Source: the human T2T-CHM13v2.0 reference genome, Homo sapiens
Assembly (NCBI RefSeq): GCF_009914755.1
Contig: NC_060929.1
DNA: 64,000 nt
Reading direction: 5' to 3' (one strand)
Numbering within the stretch: the first letter of the stretch is position 1; each line of letters starts with the position of its first letter. The notes under the pieces were generated by a model that saw only the letters and a program-made list of their open reading frames with translations, ran no database searches and had not been told where the DNA came from. Shown here one piece after another: positions 1 through 16,150 of the stretch. Both the position numbers and the translations under genes were made by a program.

Positions 1-369
1 AAAAATAATAATAGCATGCTTCTTACTGCCCTTAATGTGAAATGACTCACAAGACCTTGGTGTGGCCAACTCTCCAGCCTCTTTTTTGGCTTATATTTTT
101 CCTTCTTCCCCATATGCCAGCCCTACTTTCTTCTTTCAATTCTTCAAAGTCAGTCATCTCTGAGGGTGCATATACCCCCAGAGAATGCCCAAGATGATTC
201 ACTGGGATGAGGAAAAAAAATACTAGAACTTCCTTTTATATTTATTTGTGATTATATATTTTTAATTTCTGTGATTATATGTATTGAAAATGTGTAAATC
301 AGTAGTACATGGATACACTTTATAAATACATATACATATATTAGAGTAGTGCTCAAAAATGTTTTATTA

Positions 370-950
370 TGCACATGCAGTTGTAAGAATATGTACAGAG
401 ACCACATGTACCATTTACCCAGTTTCACACAAACTTGCATCTTGCAAAACTATAGTCATAACCTTGATATTAATATTGATCTAATTCACTGATCTTATTA
501 AGATTTTCCCAGTTCTTGTATTCATGCATGTGTATGTATTTTAACTCTATGGAATGTTATCACATAAATAGGTTGTTATATTCCCCACCACAGTAAAGAT
601 ACAGGACAAGTCCATTATCACAAGGGCCCTTCAAGTGGCTCTTCTGTAGCCACCTCCTAACCCCCTATACCCTGTCCCTGACTCCTGCCAGCCACTAATC
701 CGTTCTCCATTTCTATAATTTTGTCATTCCAAGAAAATTATATACAAGAAATCATACAGTAGTAACCTTTTAGGATTGGCATTTTTCACTCACCATACTT
801 CTCGGGCAATTCATCTAAACTGTTGTATCAATAGTTGGTTCATTTTTATTGCTGAGTGGTATTCCACGTATGAAGGTACCACAATTTGTTTAACCATTCA
901 CCAGCTGAGGACATGTAGATTCTTTGCAGTTAGGAGCTATTATCAATAAA
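370..950 (-). mobile_element. Old L1M (L1MC/ME-like) 3' fragment
   Basis: Degenerate L1M 3'UTR-like phrases (tcatttttattgctgagtggtattcc, accacaatttgtttaaccattcacc); boundaries approximate. Confidence 0.55.
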
Positions 951-1821
951 GCAACTAATGATGTTGAATATTAAAAAAATGCTTTATTGACAAAGGAAGC
1001 CAATCAAAAAAGCTTGTAGACCATAACCCTAATGTTTCAGGTCTTTCCTACCTCAAGATCTTCTGTCCTACCCATCCCTACTTTTAGAACCTCTCCCTAC
1101 TTTTCTCTAGCTAACTCTTGGACTCCAGAGAAAGTGTTAAAAGTCTTCCCTAACCCCCAGACCAGGAGTACATCCCCCTGTTTTATGCTCCTAATGCTCC
1201 TGGCACTTTTCCCCCTAAGCCCACTGTACCTGATATTTTCTATCTGCCCCTCCAGATCTACTCTCCACCCTTCTTCATTCTGCTCTCAGCCCAGGACTAC
1301 ATCAAATCTCCTTAGTCCTCTGGGTTCCAGTTGACTTTGATCTCTAGGGAGCCCTTGCAGGGGAAGGAAGGAGAAGGAGGGCCTGATTTTATTCCCCCAG
1401 CCCCTCACGGTAAGGCTGACTCAGGCAACTTTTGTGTCTAGAAGGAAAGCCTCAGCTTCTCTCTACACAAAACTATCTTCCTAGGTTTTAATATCTGCTC
1501 CCTTCCCTTTGTCCCCTTGGTCCTGTAGACGTATTTTGCTTGGTCTAATCTAGGTTTTAAAATTTGAATTAGTTGTTGATACTTAATAATTGGAAGATTT
1601 TGCATAAAGTTTCAGATGTCTGGCTTCTCTTGAAAAAAAATCAGAAGGTTTGACAACACTGAGCCTCCATTCCAAATAGTAGCCATTGTGTGGCCTTGAG
1701 TAGAGCCACCCCTTCCACTGGGGCAGCTACTCTTAAGGATTCACCATCCCCACTAACTCCCTGTTCCATACAATAACCTTGCTTTGCTATTACCACCCTG
1801 GCACTAGGAGTCCTGGTTTAA

Positions 1822-2344
<523 letters not shown>

Positions 2345-4680
2345 CAGAGTGCTCTTTTTAAATGGGACTCAGATTACAACCCTTTTTCTTAAAACCTTGC
2401 TATGTTTTCTCATTGCCCTATAGTTAAAGCCTGCATTTCTAAAGCAGTCTCCTGGCTTATCTGACCTTTTCCTACTACCAGGCTGATCTGGGGCCACCCC
2501 TCCTCATTCTGCTTTTCCAGAACAGTGGGTTCCTCAAGCACACACCTTATGTCTTGCCTGGGCAGCACACTTGCCAAGCTCCTAGGCCAAGTATGAGGCC
2601 TCTCTCCTCACTTCCTGGTCACAATTTAAGTGCCCTTACCCAGATAGTGCCTTTCCATTCTCTGTCTGTATCTCTTCTTAATAGGTGCTATGCTTGTAAG
2701 AAGGGATTTTTTTTTTAGTCTTTCTCTCATTGGACTGTGAGAATAGTGTTTATCTTTTTCACTGCCTGGTGTATAGTAGGTGCTCATTGAACATTTATTG
2801 AAAGAGCAGATTTAGAGATCTAGCTCTTCATGGAATAGCAGTTTCTACCACCTAGCGACAATGTGGAATACCAGGGCTTCTAAAGTGTTTAGTATGATCA
2901 TACATTTATATTATGAGGCCTGCCTGTGGGGTGATTGCACATGAGGTGAGGCCATTGAGGCACCTAGGGCAGAGGATTTAAGGAAGCTTTCACCCTTACA
3001 ATGCCTCTCCTGCCACACTCTAGACCTGGCTCTGGGAGGGAAGCCTTTGCTAAGAACCATGAAAGGAAAGGAGAAAAAGAAAACTAGGGTGGTGCTAAAG
3101 GGACATTTGTGATGGCAGCCTGACACCTACCACCTGATTCTTGAACACTCACTGTGGATAGAATGGTGTATGATGGCCACAGGGAGGAGGGGGCAGCAGA
3201 GTGATGATACCTTAACTGACACCTGAGTCAGTAATGGAGAACTGAGGAGAAGCAGTGGGTTCTTCTACAGGAAATCGAAGGGTGGAATTCATTAATCTAG
3301 CCCTTAAAACAACAGCTTACCCAACATGCTACACAAAACCAGGTTTCTGTTTCAGATAAATAGGTGAAGGGACTCTTAATCCTAAAGACTGAAAAGTAGA
3401 AAAGAAAGGGGAAGAAGAGTGCCTCAAGGATTGCCATTGGAGGTTCTTTTGCTGGGGCTGATTGCCAGCTGAGATTATTCAAGCCCCAGAGCAAACATTC
3501 TGCTCCTGCTCCCTTAGAGCTGCCCTCCCACCGCTCAGTATTGCCTCCTGCGAGGGGCGGGCTGGCTGCCGCAGACACCAGTGAACCCTTTTTCCATTCC
3601 AGAAGTCCCAGTGGACCTACTTTAATATACCAATAACACTCCTATTTTAAACTAGCTGTATCCATTTTCGTTTTAATAGTCCCAGTGCTAAAGTTTTTCA
3701 AAGCAGTTATTTTGTAAGTAGGTCAAACAGGTACTTTGGGATCCTGTTCTGTCTGTTTGCTTGCCAGGTAACCTCTTTGTTATCTAATTCAAAGTCTGGT
3801 ACAGTTTGAACCAAAACAAAAAAGGAATGATGTTTCACTTTGGAGTCAAGATTCATTCATTTTCTAACATTAATCATTTTCGTTATACAGTAAGTCTATA
3901 TTCATGATAAAAAATAGAAAATATGAATAAGCAAAACTAAATTGAAAGGAAAACCATCTGTGATCTGCCAATTAGAAAATCTCTATTCTAAACATTTTGG
4001 TAAATATGCTACCAGATTTTTATCTATGCAAATGTGTATCTGTATTTTTCCTCACTTGTATAGTGGACATCTTTTCATATTAATAAATAAGTTAGCATCA
4101 TTACTTTTGATAGCTTCATGGTGTGAAATTATAAAATTAGACCTACCACACTCTATTTTAACTATCTCTCTTGCTGGGTACTTAAGCTATTCCCAATATC
4201 ACAGAAGCCTTTTTACACATGCATCCTTGTACATGCATCAGATTCTTTAAGATTGCCAAAGGTGAAATGGTTGGGTCCCAGGGTGCAACTATTTTTTAGC
4301 ATTTCAATACATAATACCAAAGTGCAATCCAGAACCATTGTACCAATTAATGCTCCCGCCAGCAGCACATTGCAGTGTTGATTTCCTCCTGGCCTCACCA
4401 GCACGCTGTCAACACTGGGTACTGGTGTGTCGTGTACATGACATTACATGCCAGGCACTGAGAGTGAAATAAAACAGTTCATGTTGGGAATGGGGCAAGA
4501 GAGGGAGATAAACAAGGGAGGTGACATCTACAGACCGGTTAGCTGAGATTACAGTACATTGGGGCTCCAAGTGCACAGAATCTGAACATCATGTTCATCC
4601 TAGGACAAGTGTTGCAGAGGCTTCCTGAAGAGGTTCATTCTGAGGCTTACCTTGAAGGATCATCAGGAATTAATGATGAG

Positions 4681-5398
4681 TGTATTAAGCCATTCTCGCA
4701 TTTCTATAAAGAAACGCCTGAAATTGAGTAATTTTTTTTTTTTTTTTTTTTCTGAGACGGAGTCTTGCTTTCTTACCTAGGCTGGAGAGCAGTGGTGCGA
4801 TCTCGGCTCACTGCAACCTCTGCCTCCCTGGGTTCAAGTGATTCTCCTGCCTCAGCCACCCGAGTAGCACAGGTGCCTGCCACCGGGTCCATCTAATTTT
4901 TGTATTTTTAGTAGAGATAGGGTTTCACCATGTTGGCCAGGCTGGTCTCAAACTCCCAACCTCGTGATCCTCCCGCCTTGGCCTCCCGAAGTGCTGGGAT
5001 TACAGGCGTGAGCTGCCGCGCCCAGCCAAAATTGAGTAATTTATAAGAAAAAAAGGTTTTATTAGCTCATGATTCTGCAGGCTGTACAGGAAGCGTGGTG
5101 GCATCTGCTTCTGTAGAGGCCTCAGGAAGCTCCAATCATGGTGGAAGGTGGAAGGCACATCACACTGTGAAAGCAGGAGCAAGAGTTGGGGGAACATGCC
5201 ACAAGATCCCATCACTTTTAAAGAACCAGATCTCATGTGAACTCAGAGCGAGAGCTCACTTATCACTAAGGAGATGGCCCAAGCCATTCATGAGACATCA
5301 GCCTCCATGACCCAAACACGTCCCACCAGACTCCACCTCCAACATTGGGGATTACATTTCAATGAGATTTGGGTGGGGACAAATGTCCAAACTATATT
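4681..5398. mobile_element. MaLR MST-type solo LTR, interrupted by an Alu
   Basis: Starts tgtattaagccattctcgcatttctataaagaaa, ends gagatttgggtggggacaaatgtccaaactatat, typical MST termini. Confidence 0.8.
4734..5027 (-). mobile_element. Alu inserted in the MST LTR
   Basis: Reverse Alu with TSD aaattgagtaattt (4721 and 5029). Confidence 0.95.
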
Positions 5399-5891
5399 GA
5401 TGAGTGAAAGCAAGAGTAAAGAACAGGGAAGGAATGATGGAGAGAATGAACCAGGTAGAGAAAATCTTCTAGGCATGAATGTTCAGCCCCTTTTCAGGGA
5501 GCAACAAAAAGTTCTGTATTGGTTGCAATGAAGGGTGCATGGGGCATTGGGGATGGTGGACAGGAATGATGGACAGTGAGGCTGATGAGATGAGCTGGGT
5601 CTCATCAAGAAGTTCTCTCCGGGCTTAGCAAAGGAGCTCTAGCTTTATCTGGAAACTTTCCTTGGGAGGCAGGACTTGGCATCAAAACCTGTGTGTGGAA
5701 GACTCACACCGATCCAAGGGAAGGGCACTGATGCTGGGCTTAAGCATTGCTTTGTCATTCCCTGATGAGCTCTCTCAGCTTGGGAACAGCCACTCTCTGT
5801 CTAGTAAAGGAAAGGAGCTGATCCAGGTCCTCTCCAGTTCTAACTATGCTCCTGTGAATTCTGGCACAATTTTTACTTTTTTTCCTTGCAG

Positions 5892-6160
5892 AAAAGGTGG
5901 CCATTAAGATCCTGGACAAGACCAAGTTAGACCAGAAAACCCAGAGGCTACTATCCCGAGAAATCTCCAGCATGGAAAAGCTGCACCATCCCAACATCAT
6001 CCGCCTTTACGAAGTGGTGGAGACCCTATCCAAGCTGCACTTGGTGATGGAGTATGCAGGGGGTGGGGAGCTCTTCGGAAAAATTAGCACTGAGGGGAAG
6101 CTCTCTGAACCAGAAAGCAAGCTCATCTTCTCCCAGATTGTGTCTGCCGTGAAGCACATG
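5892..6160 (+). CDS. NIM1K: NIM1K serine/threonine kinase, penultimate coding exon (kinase N-lobe, VAIK lysine)
   Basis: Acceptor tttccttgcag|, donor CATG|gtgagc; encodes KVAIKILDKTKLDQKTQRLLSREISSMEKLHHPNIIRLYEVVE...VKHM, in phase with the next exon. Confidence 0.95.
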
Positions 6161-6580
6161 GTGAGCAGGGGTGACGAGTGAGAACCTTGCTCCCATTGCA
6201 CTGACACTGGGAGCACAGGGCTTTAGGTTACTAACCCTCAAGTGTCCCAGAGGGCTTTTGTCCTACAAAGCAGACAGTAGTCCCTTCTGAGAGTCAGAAG
6301 TCTGGCTGGGATCATGCTCCTTGCCTGTGAAGCAACATCCAGGGATGTCCAGTTACACGTCAACCTCCTAGCTTCTGCAGACATTGGCAGGAATCACTGG
6401 GAGCAGCTGATGAATATCACCCACTCCCTGGCCATACCCATTTCTCCAACCTCATCTTCCACTATCTGGATAGCTGGCTCCTCACTGCTTCTTGGTTTTG
6501 CTTTCCTACTTCTGTCTAGGATGCCCTCATATGACATCTCACATTCTAAATCCTATCCATACTTCATGCCCAGCTTGGTT

Positions 6581-6611
6581 CTCTCTCTCTCTCTCTCCCC
6601 CACCCCCCCTC

Positions 6612-6678
<67 letters not shown>
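6581..6678. repeat. Compound microsatellite (CT)n...(GT)n(GA)n
   Basis: Directly visible. Confidence 0.97.
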
Positions 6679-6725
6679 TGTTCTTCAATCTCACATCAGT
6701 TATACTGATATTTTGCCTTCAGTAA

Positions 6726-7198
<473 letters not shown>

Positions 7199-8814
7199 TA
7201 GTTCTTTGGTTACTTCTTTAGATAAATCTGGACTCCTAATGCACACTCTGTAGTTCTCCCAAGAACTGGCTGTTTTGCTGCCTCCTTAATTTTGGCCGTA
7301 TTGCGGGCCATACAGGAGGAACCTGACTTGCAGGCCTGAGTATCACTTTTACTACCAAAAGTTTTAGTCAGTCACCATCTTTACTCAGATCCCAGTTGAA
7401 CGGATCTGTCAGAAAAGAGACACTTGGCTAGGGTCTATATTAGTTGAGAGGCTATTTCCAATTCACTTCTCAGCCTGCATGGTTGTAGGAGCAAGAACTG
7501 GGATCAGTGAGCCACAGTGAACCTCATTACATGCCAGGCACTGAAAAAGTCAGATAAAACAGTCCATGCTAGCAATGGGGCAAAAGAGGGAGAATTTGCA
7601 AGGGAATCTGTGGCCTAGAGGGCCCAAAATAGCAGTAGGGAAGGAGAGGAGGAAGAAAAAGAAGTGAGCCAGGGAGAAGAGCTTGACTGTAGTGGTGGTG
7701 GATGTTTCAGACCTGTGATATATGACCAATCATCATTTAAGTGGCTTTGGGCTGTGGTGAGCTTTCCCAGGGCCAGAGAATAAGCCAGACCCATACCAAG
7801 TAATAGAACAGATGGGCAAAGAGTCTTCCACATTCTACTTGGAAAAGTAACTTGGTGGGAGAACAGAAGAGAATCCAGCAATAGAAGGTACAGATGTTAG
7901 TCTTCAGCAGCTCTACTCCCTGCCATTTCTCCAACGCTCTGCAAACAGGAAGTGTGTTTCATAGCCATAGATCCACATCTTATTGAGTTTGTTTATATGC
8001 CAAGACCATGCTGAGCACTGTTCTCATCATACGTAGTTAGCGTCATATATAGTTCTCACCACAGCCTATGGTTATCAGTATCCCACTTTACAGAGAAGGA
8101 AACTGACATTCACAGTACCCAGCTGGTATAGTTGAACCTAGAATTGACCAGACTGTCCCCTCCAAAGCCTGGATTCTTATTCCAGGAGGGCCATCAGGAA
8201 AGCTGACAAACACAAAGCCATTTTCCAAGAGCCCTTGGGACTGAACAGGTCAAGGGTCCTCTGAAGATTGTCTGGATTCAGGATGCAAGGGTGGGAGTGG
8301 AGCATGTGCCCACAATCCACAGTGTGTTCTGTGGCTAGATCCTTGCCAAATGCAACCACCTCCCTTCGGCTGAATTCTGTAAGGATAAAAGAGTCCACCC
8401 CAAAAAGCATGGCCGGAAAGTCAGGGGAGGGCTCCAAGCCTTCCTGGTCAAACGATCCATCAGCCAGAAAAACCCATGTATGACCTCAACAACTAAGGAT
8501 TACTGTTTCATTGTATTTCAGAATGTGTAGTTTCATAAGATCTGGGTCTGATTTCTGGTGTTAGTTTCTGAGTCCACATGTGTGGAACAGACTCCAACCC
8601 TTACCACATAGAATAGGAACTTTGGTCTATTTGGGGAGGTGTAGGCATTACATTGGGCTAAAGGTTATGACAGGGTTTGCTATCATGACTTAAGGTGATC
8701 CTCACTGAATTTGTTATTCCACCATCATTATCTCACTGTTTCAGAGCAACTGATACATTTTTTATTTTGACATTTTACTGTAAAAATGACTTTTCTCTAT
8801 GTCTTCTTCCACAG

Positions 8815-9564
8815 CATGAAAACCAAATTATTCATAGAGATCTGAAAGCAGAAAATGTATTCTATACCAGTAATACTTGTGTGAAGGTGGGCGATTTTGG
8901 ATTCAGCACAGTAAGCAAAAAAGGTGAAATGCTGAACACTTTCTGTGGGTCTCCTCCCTACGCTGCGCCTGAACTCTTCCGGGACGAGCACTACATCGGC
9001 ATTTACGTGGATATCTGGGCCTTGGGGGTGCTTTTGTACTTCATGGTGACTGGCACCATGCCATTTCGGGCAGAAACCGTGGCCAAACTAAAAAAGAGCA
9101 TCCTCGAGGGCACATACAGTGTACCGCCGCACGTGTCAGAGCCCTGCCACCGACTCATCCGAGGAGTCCTTCAGCAGATCCCCACGGAGAGGTACGGAAT
9201 CGACTGCATCATGAATGATGAATGGATGCAAGGGGTGCCATACCCTACACCTTTGGAACCTTTCCAACTGGATCCCAAACATTTGTCGGAAACCAGCACT
9301 CTCAAGGAAGAAGAAAATGAGGTCAAAAGCACTTTAGAACATTTGGGCATTACAGAAGAGCATATTCGAAATAACCAAGGGAGAGATGCTCGCAGCTCAA
9401 TCACAGGGGTCTATAGAATTATTTTACATAGAGTCCAAAGGAAGAAGGCTTTGGAAAGTGTCCCAGTCATGATGCTACCAGACCCTAAAGAAAGAGACCT
9501 CAAAAAAGGGTCCCGTGTCTACAGAGGGATAAGACACACATCCAAATTTTGCTCGATTTTATAA
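8815..9564 (+). CDS. NIM1K: NIM1K last coding exon (HRDLKAEN, DFG, LNTFCGSPPYAAPE activation loop, C-terminus CSIL*)
   Basis: Acceptor cttcttccacag|CATGAA; AMPK-related kinase motifs; stop TAA 9562-9564. Confidence 0.96.
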   Translation, partial: HENQIIHRDLKAENVFYTSNTCVKVGDFGFSTVSKKGEMLNTFCGSPPYAAPELFRDEHYIGIYVDIWALGVLLYFMVTGTMPFRAETVAKLKKSILEGTYSVPPHVSEPCHRLIRGVLQQIPTERYGIDCIMNDEWMQGVPYPTPLEPFQLDPKHLSETSTLKEEENEVKSTLEHLGITEEHIRNNQGRDARSSITGVYRIILHRVQRKKALESVPVMMLPDPKERDLKKGSRVYRGIRHTSKFCSIL

Positions 9565-9660
9565 ATTGCACTAGACTGCTTGTAACTAACCAAGATGATT
9601 GTTGCTGCTTCTAAATTTTTTTCAAGGACAACTTGAGTGGAGACATTTTTGTAATTTTTA

Positions 9661-9666
9661 AATAAA
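9661..9666 (+). terminator. NIM1K: NIM1K poly(A) signal AATAAA
   Basis: AATAAA 97 nt after the stop, followed by T-rich sequence. Confidence 0.7.
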
Positions 9667-9759
9667 CTTAAATTTGAGATATGCATTTTTTTTCTCCAAA
9701 AAGTCTATTAGCTCAGATTCTGGCTTGATTTGGGATCTTGTTTTATTATCAAATTTCAG

Positions 9760-10100
9760 CATTCATTCATTTAATCAAGAAATATTTATCCAGTGCCTCC
9801 TGTGTGTCAGGCACTATTTAAGGTGCTAGGGAAACAGCAAGAAATAAATAGGCAAGGTCCCTCCTCTCATGTGCAGGACGTTCTAGCCCAGGACAAAGGT
9901 ACTAACAACTACATTTTTTAAAAAAGAGAAAGATCAGTGATAGATGCTATGCAGAGGATTCAAAAAGGGTGATCTGATATCAGAGGCTTGCTACTTTGGA
10001 TTAGTCATTAAGGAAGGCCACTTTGAGTACATATAAGTTTAAGATCTGAATGAGAAGCAGGAGTGACTTTTACAAAATGCCAGAGCATTCCAGGCAGCTA
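9760..10100 (-). mobile_element. L2 3' fragment, continuing at about 16775-16940 beyond the ERV-L
   Basis: cattcattcatttaatcaagaaatatttatccagtgcctcc L2 tail; agagcattccaggcag at 10082 resumes as caaaggcttaagg...gcatgtttgagg at about 16780. Confidence 0.7.
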
Positions 10101-12926
10101 GGGGTTTCAGACTCAGTTCCCCCCAAAACAGAGCCTAAGACAAAGGCTTCCATATAAAGTAGTTTATTTGGGAACTGATCCCAGAGCACAGGAGTGAAGG
10201 ACAGAGGAAACAGGGAAAGCTAATACACAGACACATTAGCAAGTTAGCTAGTGCTACAGTTTCTGGTGCTTGGTTTTGCAGGATCCTCAGAGGAGCCTGA
10301 TGAAACACATCTCAGGTGTCTGCCCTGGGTATGAAAGGGGAAAGCATTTAACCATAAGCTCTTGCTCACCGCTGATCAAGGGTGGCCCTTTGTGTCATCT
10401 GCCCTGCACTCCCAGATTGGGCTGTGTGAATGCCAAGTGGGTTCCCTAAGCTTCCCTTGCCTTCATGTCAGAGAAGTCTTGGAGCAGGAGGGAAGAGGTA
10501 CACCACCAGTACGATACCTCCTTTCTTTGCCTGCTTGTCCACTGGCATGGGGAGCCCAAAGTGACCATGTGACACTTGTAGATTCCAATTCACTGGAGCC
10601 CTTATCAAGTCCCCTGATGAAAGCATCCCTGATCCCCTGGGAACCAAACCTTTTAATCTAGCCTAGATTGTAGAAAAAAAAAGAATAGAAATTAATCAAG
10701 TGAGTCACCAATTGCGTGATGGTGACAGGAGTCAATCTACTTCCACCTAGTGGTTTCCAGACCTGTGTTTTAATGATAGGGACATGTATCAGTCATTATT
10801 AAAGCATGTTACTGAATCCTGGAGGACAGCACCCCAACCCTGCAGGCTGCTGTCTCATCTCTGGTGTCTTAGCTGAGTCATTCCATTGTTCTACTCATGT
10901 TGGCTGCTTCTGATGTTGAGGTATATGGTAAGATGAGGGGATCCCGTTGTCATGTGCCCATTGCACCACCTCCTTTATCAAAAAAGTGGTCCTTGAGGCA
11001 ATGTTTGAGATATCATGACAGTGAGTCAGTTATTCTCTATGTCTTAGTGTGCTTGTATGGAAAGACACATTGCAGGCAGAAAAGGCAAACCCATACCCTG
11101 AGATATCAATTCCAATAAGGATGAATCACTCCTGGGCCCATCTGAATTCATGACTCCATGGATCTGATAATGCCCAGCTCATACGTTAACAGCTCTGTTT
11201 GCCTAGTCCTCAGTATCTCATAATCAGGTTCTCAGCCTCCACTGGGGCCCAGTAGCACATCGGGAGTCTGAGTAGTTCTGTCGCAGGAAGCATGGCGTTA
11301 CTACAGGATCCCACAGAGCTGTGCTGTTATCTCTTATTGGGGCTTTCCAGAGGCCCCACACTACACAGCCTGAGTAGCAGTTTGCTCAGAAGCCAAAATT
11401 GCTGCAATCTTTCTTTTATGGGATCCACTTGAAACTGGCAGCCGTGTTAAATGGGTGGGAGGAATACACCAGATACAATATATGTGCTTCCAAAGTCCAG
11501 AGGGACCTACTAAATCCTATGCCTCTATCTTAGTGTTAAGAGGTGGGAGGTGCAAGAAATTGTTCTTTACTATAGAAGAAATATCTAGGCATGCCTCAAC
11601 TCATTGGTCTTCTAAACTCTTCATCAATGTGGCATGCCCCAGATTCTTCATAGAGTCTATAATCCACACCCTGGCACATGTAAGCCTTACTAGGGCATTG
11701 GTAATACTTGCCACTTCCTGATAGCCAATCCCCCTAGCATGCTCTCACAATATAGTGGGCCAGCATGATGTCCTGTAGAATGTCAAGATGATCAAGGTCC
11801 TTTTGGATTATATTGTGATATAGAGAAGGAGATTTAAGATTGTTTTGGGGCAATAGAGTAAATGAGAATCGCTCTCCATCCCAGAGAAATGTGAACTGCT
11901 TTTGATCCTCCTTTCTGATGGAAATTTAGAAGAATGAATTTGCCAAATCAATAGCTGCATATCAAATGCCAGAGGCTGCCAGTAAAGATACCACATCCAA
12001 TATGGCAGCTACAACTGAGACTAGCAGTAGTCCACCATCATTCTCCATTATCCATCTGCTCTTTTTCAGAAGTGTAATGGTAACTTAAATGAGATTATGA
12101 TGGAGCCCATTACACTTGCATCCCAAAATTTTTTGATGGTGACACTGATGTCTGCCATTCCTCATGTGGATTGCTCATGATTTATTAACATGGCCAGAAA
12201 GAGGTTTCCTCTTTCTCCCATAATGGTTGTTACTTCACAGGTCTAAGACCTCCACAGAGGTCTAAGTATATTGATCCCAAATATGTACTTAGAGGTTGGG
12301 AGAATAATTCCAAGGTGGGAACCATTATGTGATAGACTTTGGCCAGGACTCCCTTTATCATATGGTTTCCATAACCCCTCATCTACGTACAAAGCCATAA
12401 TGGTATCCGGTTCTGAAAAATTCTGGGTATGTACATCATATATACTTGTGAAAGCAAGGCCTTTCCTCAAGACCAGTCCTCCTTTTCATTGTGCACTGGA
12501 TCTGTAAATTGACTTAGCTCTGGAAGCTGATGAAGAGACCGTGATTTTCCCATTGTGACAGGCTACCTTAGCTTTATGCTCACCAGTTTTCCTTGTTTTT
12601 TCTTTATTTTGGTCATACAAGTCAAGTAACATAGTAGTCAGCTGTCTCCCAAAATTCCATGATTTATTAGCCATTGTCACAAAGCCCTGCAGATCAAGGC
12701 AGCCTGATTGATTTCCACTCCAGCCTTACTGTTTATTATATTGTGTCCACCTGGCCTCTGACATTTAAGTAATAATACATGACCTCTACCATTCTAGTCT
12801 CATCATCCCCACTGATGATATCATGCTCAATTCCATGGCAGCATTTCCTACCATCAACCCCTGCCTGCAATGGGCAGCCACCACTGAGCTTTTCTTACGT
12901 GCTGCTGCAGCCCTCACCAGTGCATT

Positions 12927-14340
<1,414 letters not shown>

Positions 14341-14593
14341 ACCAGTGCATTTTACATTGCCTTAGTGAAGGCAATGTCTTCCTGAGGAACATAGTTAGAC
14401 GGTTGTTCAGTCTCACATAATGAATCCATTCTAACATTCGCACCTCCTGGAACTTTCCAACTCTTTCTTCAATACCATACCAAGGCAGTTCCACCATCTT
14501 CACCTCATTTACTGTGTGCCACAATCATAGCCAAGCCTCAGCAGCCATCCCAACAGAATATTATGACCAAATTCAGGTGTTGTTCACTTCTAA

Positions 14594-14917
<324 letters not shown>

Positions 14918-15689
14918 TCCTATAGTAATCTTTCTTATCCCGCCTTATAGTCTTCCCTCAACTTCCACCTTTGGCTTAACACCCTCAAAATCATTCACAC
15001 ACATTTCCCCCTGGTTCCTGACAGTATGTATCAGGTTCTGCAGTTCCTTCAGTATCTACACTATTTTCCCCGAGACGGAGGTTGTATTTCTCCACTCAGG
15101 CTCTACTGAGAAGTCACCCTGGTTCTTGGTTTGGAGAATAATAAGGGTTCTGGAAGAGAATGTGGAGGTCAAGAGCTGCCTCACTGGAAGCCTTGGCAGG
15201 GTCTTCAGGCAAGGGAGCATGAGCTGCTTCTGCCAGCCCCACACTAGGAAAATCCAGGTTTGCAATATTTTCAGGGTCATCCACTGTATTACTAACTTAG
15301 GTCTCAGTGTCCTATTCTCTTTTTGTCAAACCTAAACTTTCATAAAGGAAAATTGTCAAGACTTAGTATTTTCCAACCTTACAACTAGATACTGGGCCTA
15401 TTTCAGGTAGTTTTCTCTCCACTGCAGGAGATAAGGCTCTCCTTCAACCTTGCCTTAAACTGACAGTTGGCTGACTTGAGCCTGTTATTTTGTTTTCCAG
15501 GCTTCCAAAGCAGTTAATAAAAGCTGGCCAAGTCCACAGACTTTATCACTGCCCCTCTACTGTTCAAGTGCCATAGGTACTACAGGATCCAATGCTTCAT
15601 CTTCTACCTACACCTACAGATGACAGTGTCAGTGGTGACTGTGCTGCTCCTGCATGCCACAGGCTATCACCACTCTGCTTACCAACACT

Positions 15690-16150
15690 GCACCAGTGTT
15701 CTCCTGATGTCATCACAAATTCACAAACTTAGTGGCTTAAAACAACACAAATGTATCATCTTACAGCTCTGGGAGATAGAAGTCTGACATGAGTCTCAGT
15801 GGACTAAAATCAAGGTGTTTCCAGGGCTGTGCTCCTTTCTGGAGGCTCCAGGGGAGAATCCATTTACTTGTTAACTTTCTAGAGGCTGCCTGCTTTCCTT
15901 AGCTCACGGTCATCTTCCTTCATCTTCAAAGCCAGCAACATTGCATTTCTTTGGCCAACCTTCTGTAGTCGCTCTCCCTTGACCACCAGCCAAGAAAGGT
16001 TCTCTGCTTTTAAAGACCCACATGGTAAGGCTGGGCTTACACAGACAATCCAGGATAATCTCCCCACCTCAAGGTTCTTAACCTTACTCACACCTGCCTC
16101 AGACACTTAAGGTAGCATATTCAGATTCTGGGAATGGGCAACTTTGGTAG
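15690..16150 (-). mobile_element. MaLR MLT1(C/D-like) LTR inside the ERV-L
   Basis: cacaaacttagtggcttaaaacaacacaaat...ctggaggctccaggggagaatcc typical of MLT1. Confidence 0.75.

Noticed and set aside
8695-8814. N-terminal part of the 289-aa ORF
   Set aside because: Intronic polypyrimidine tract upstream of the real acceptor at 8815
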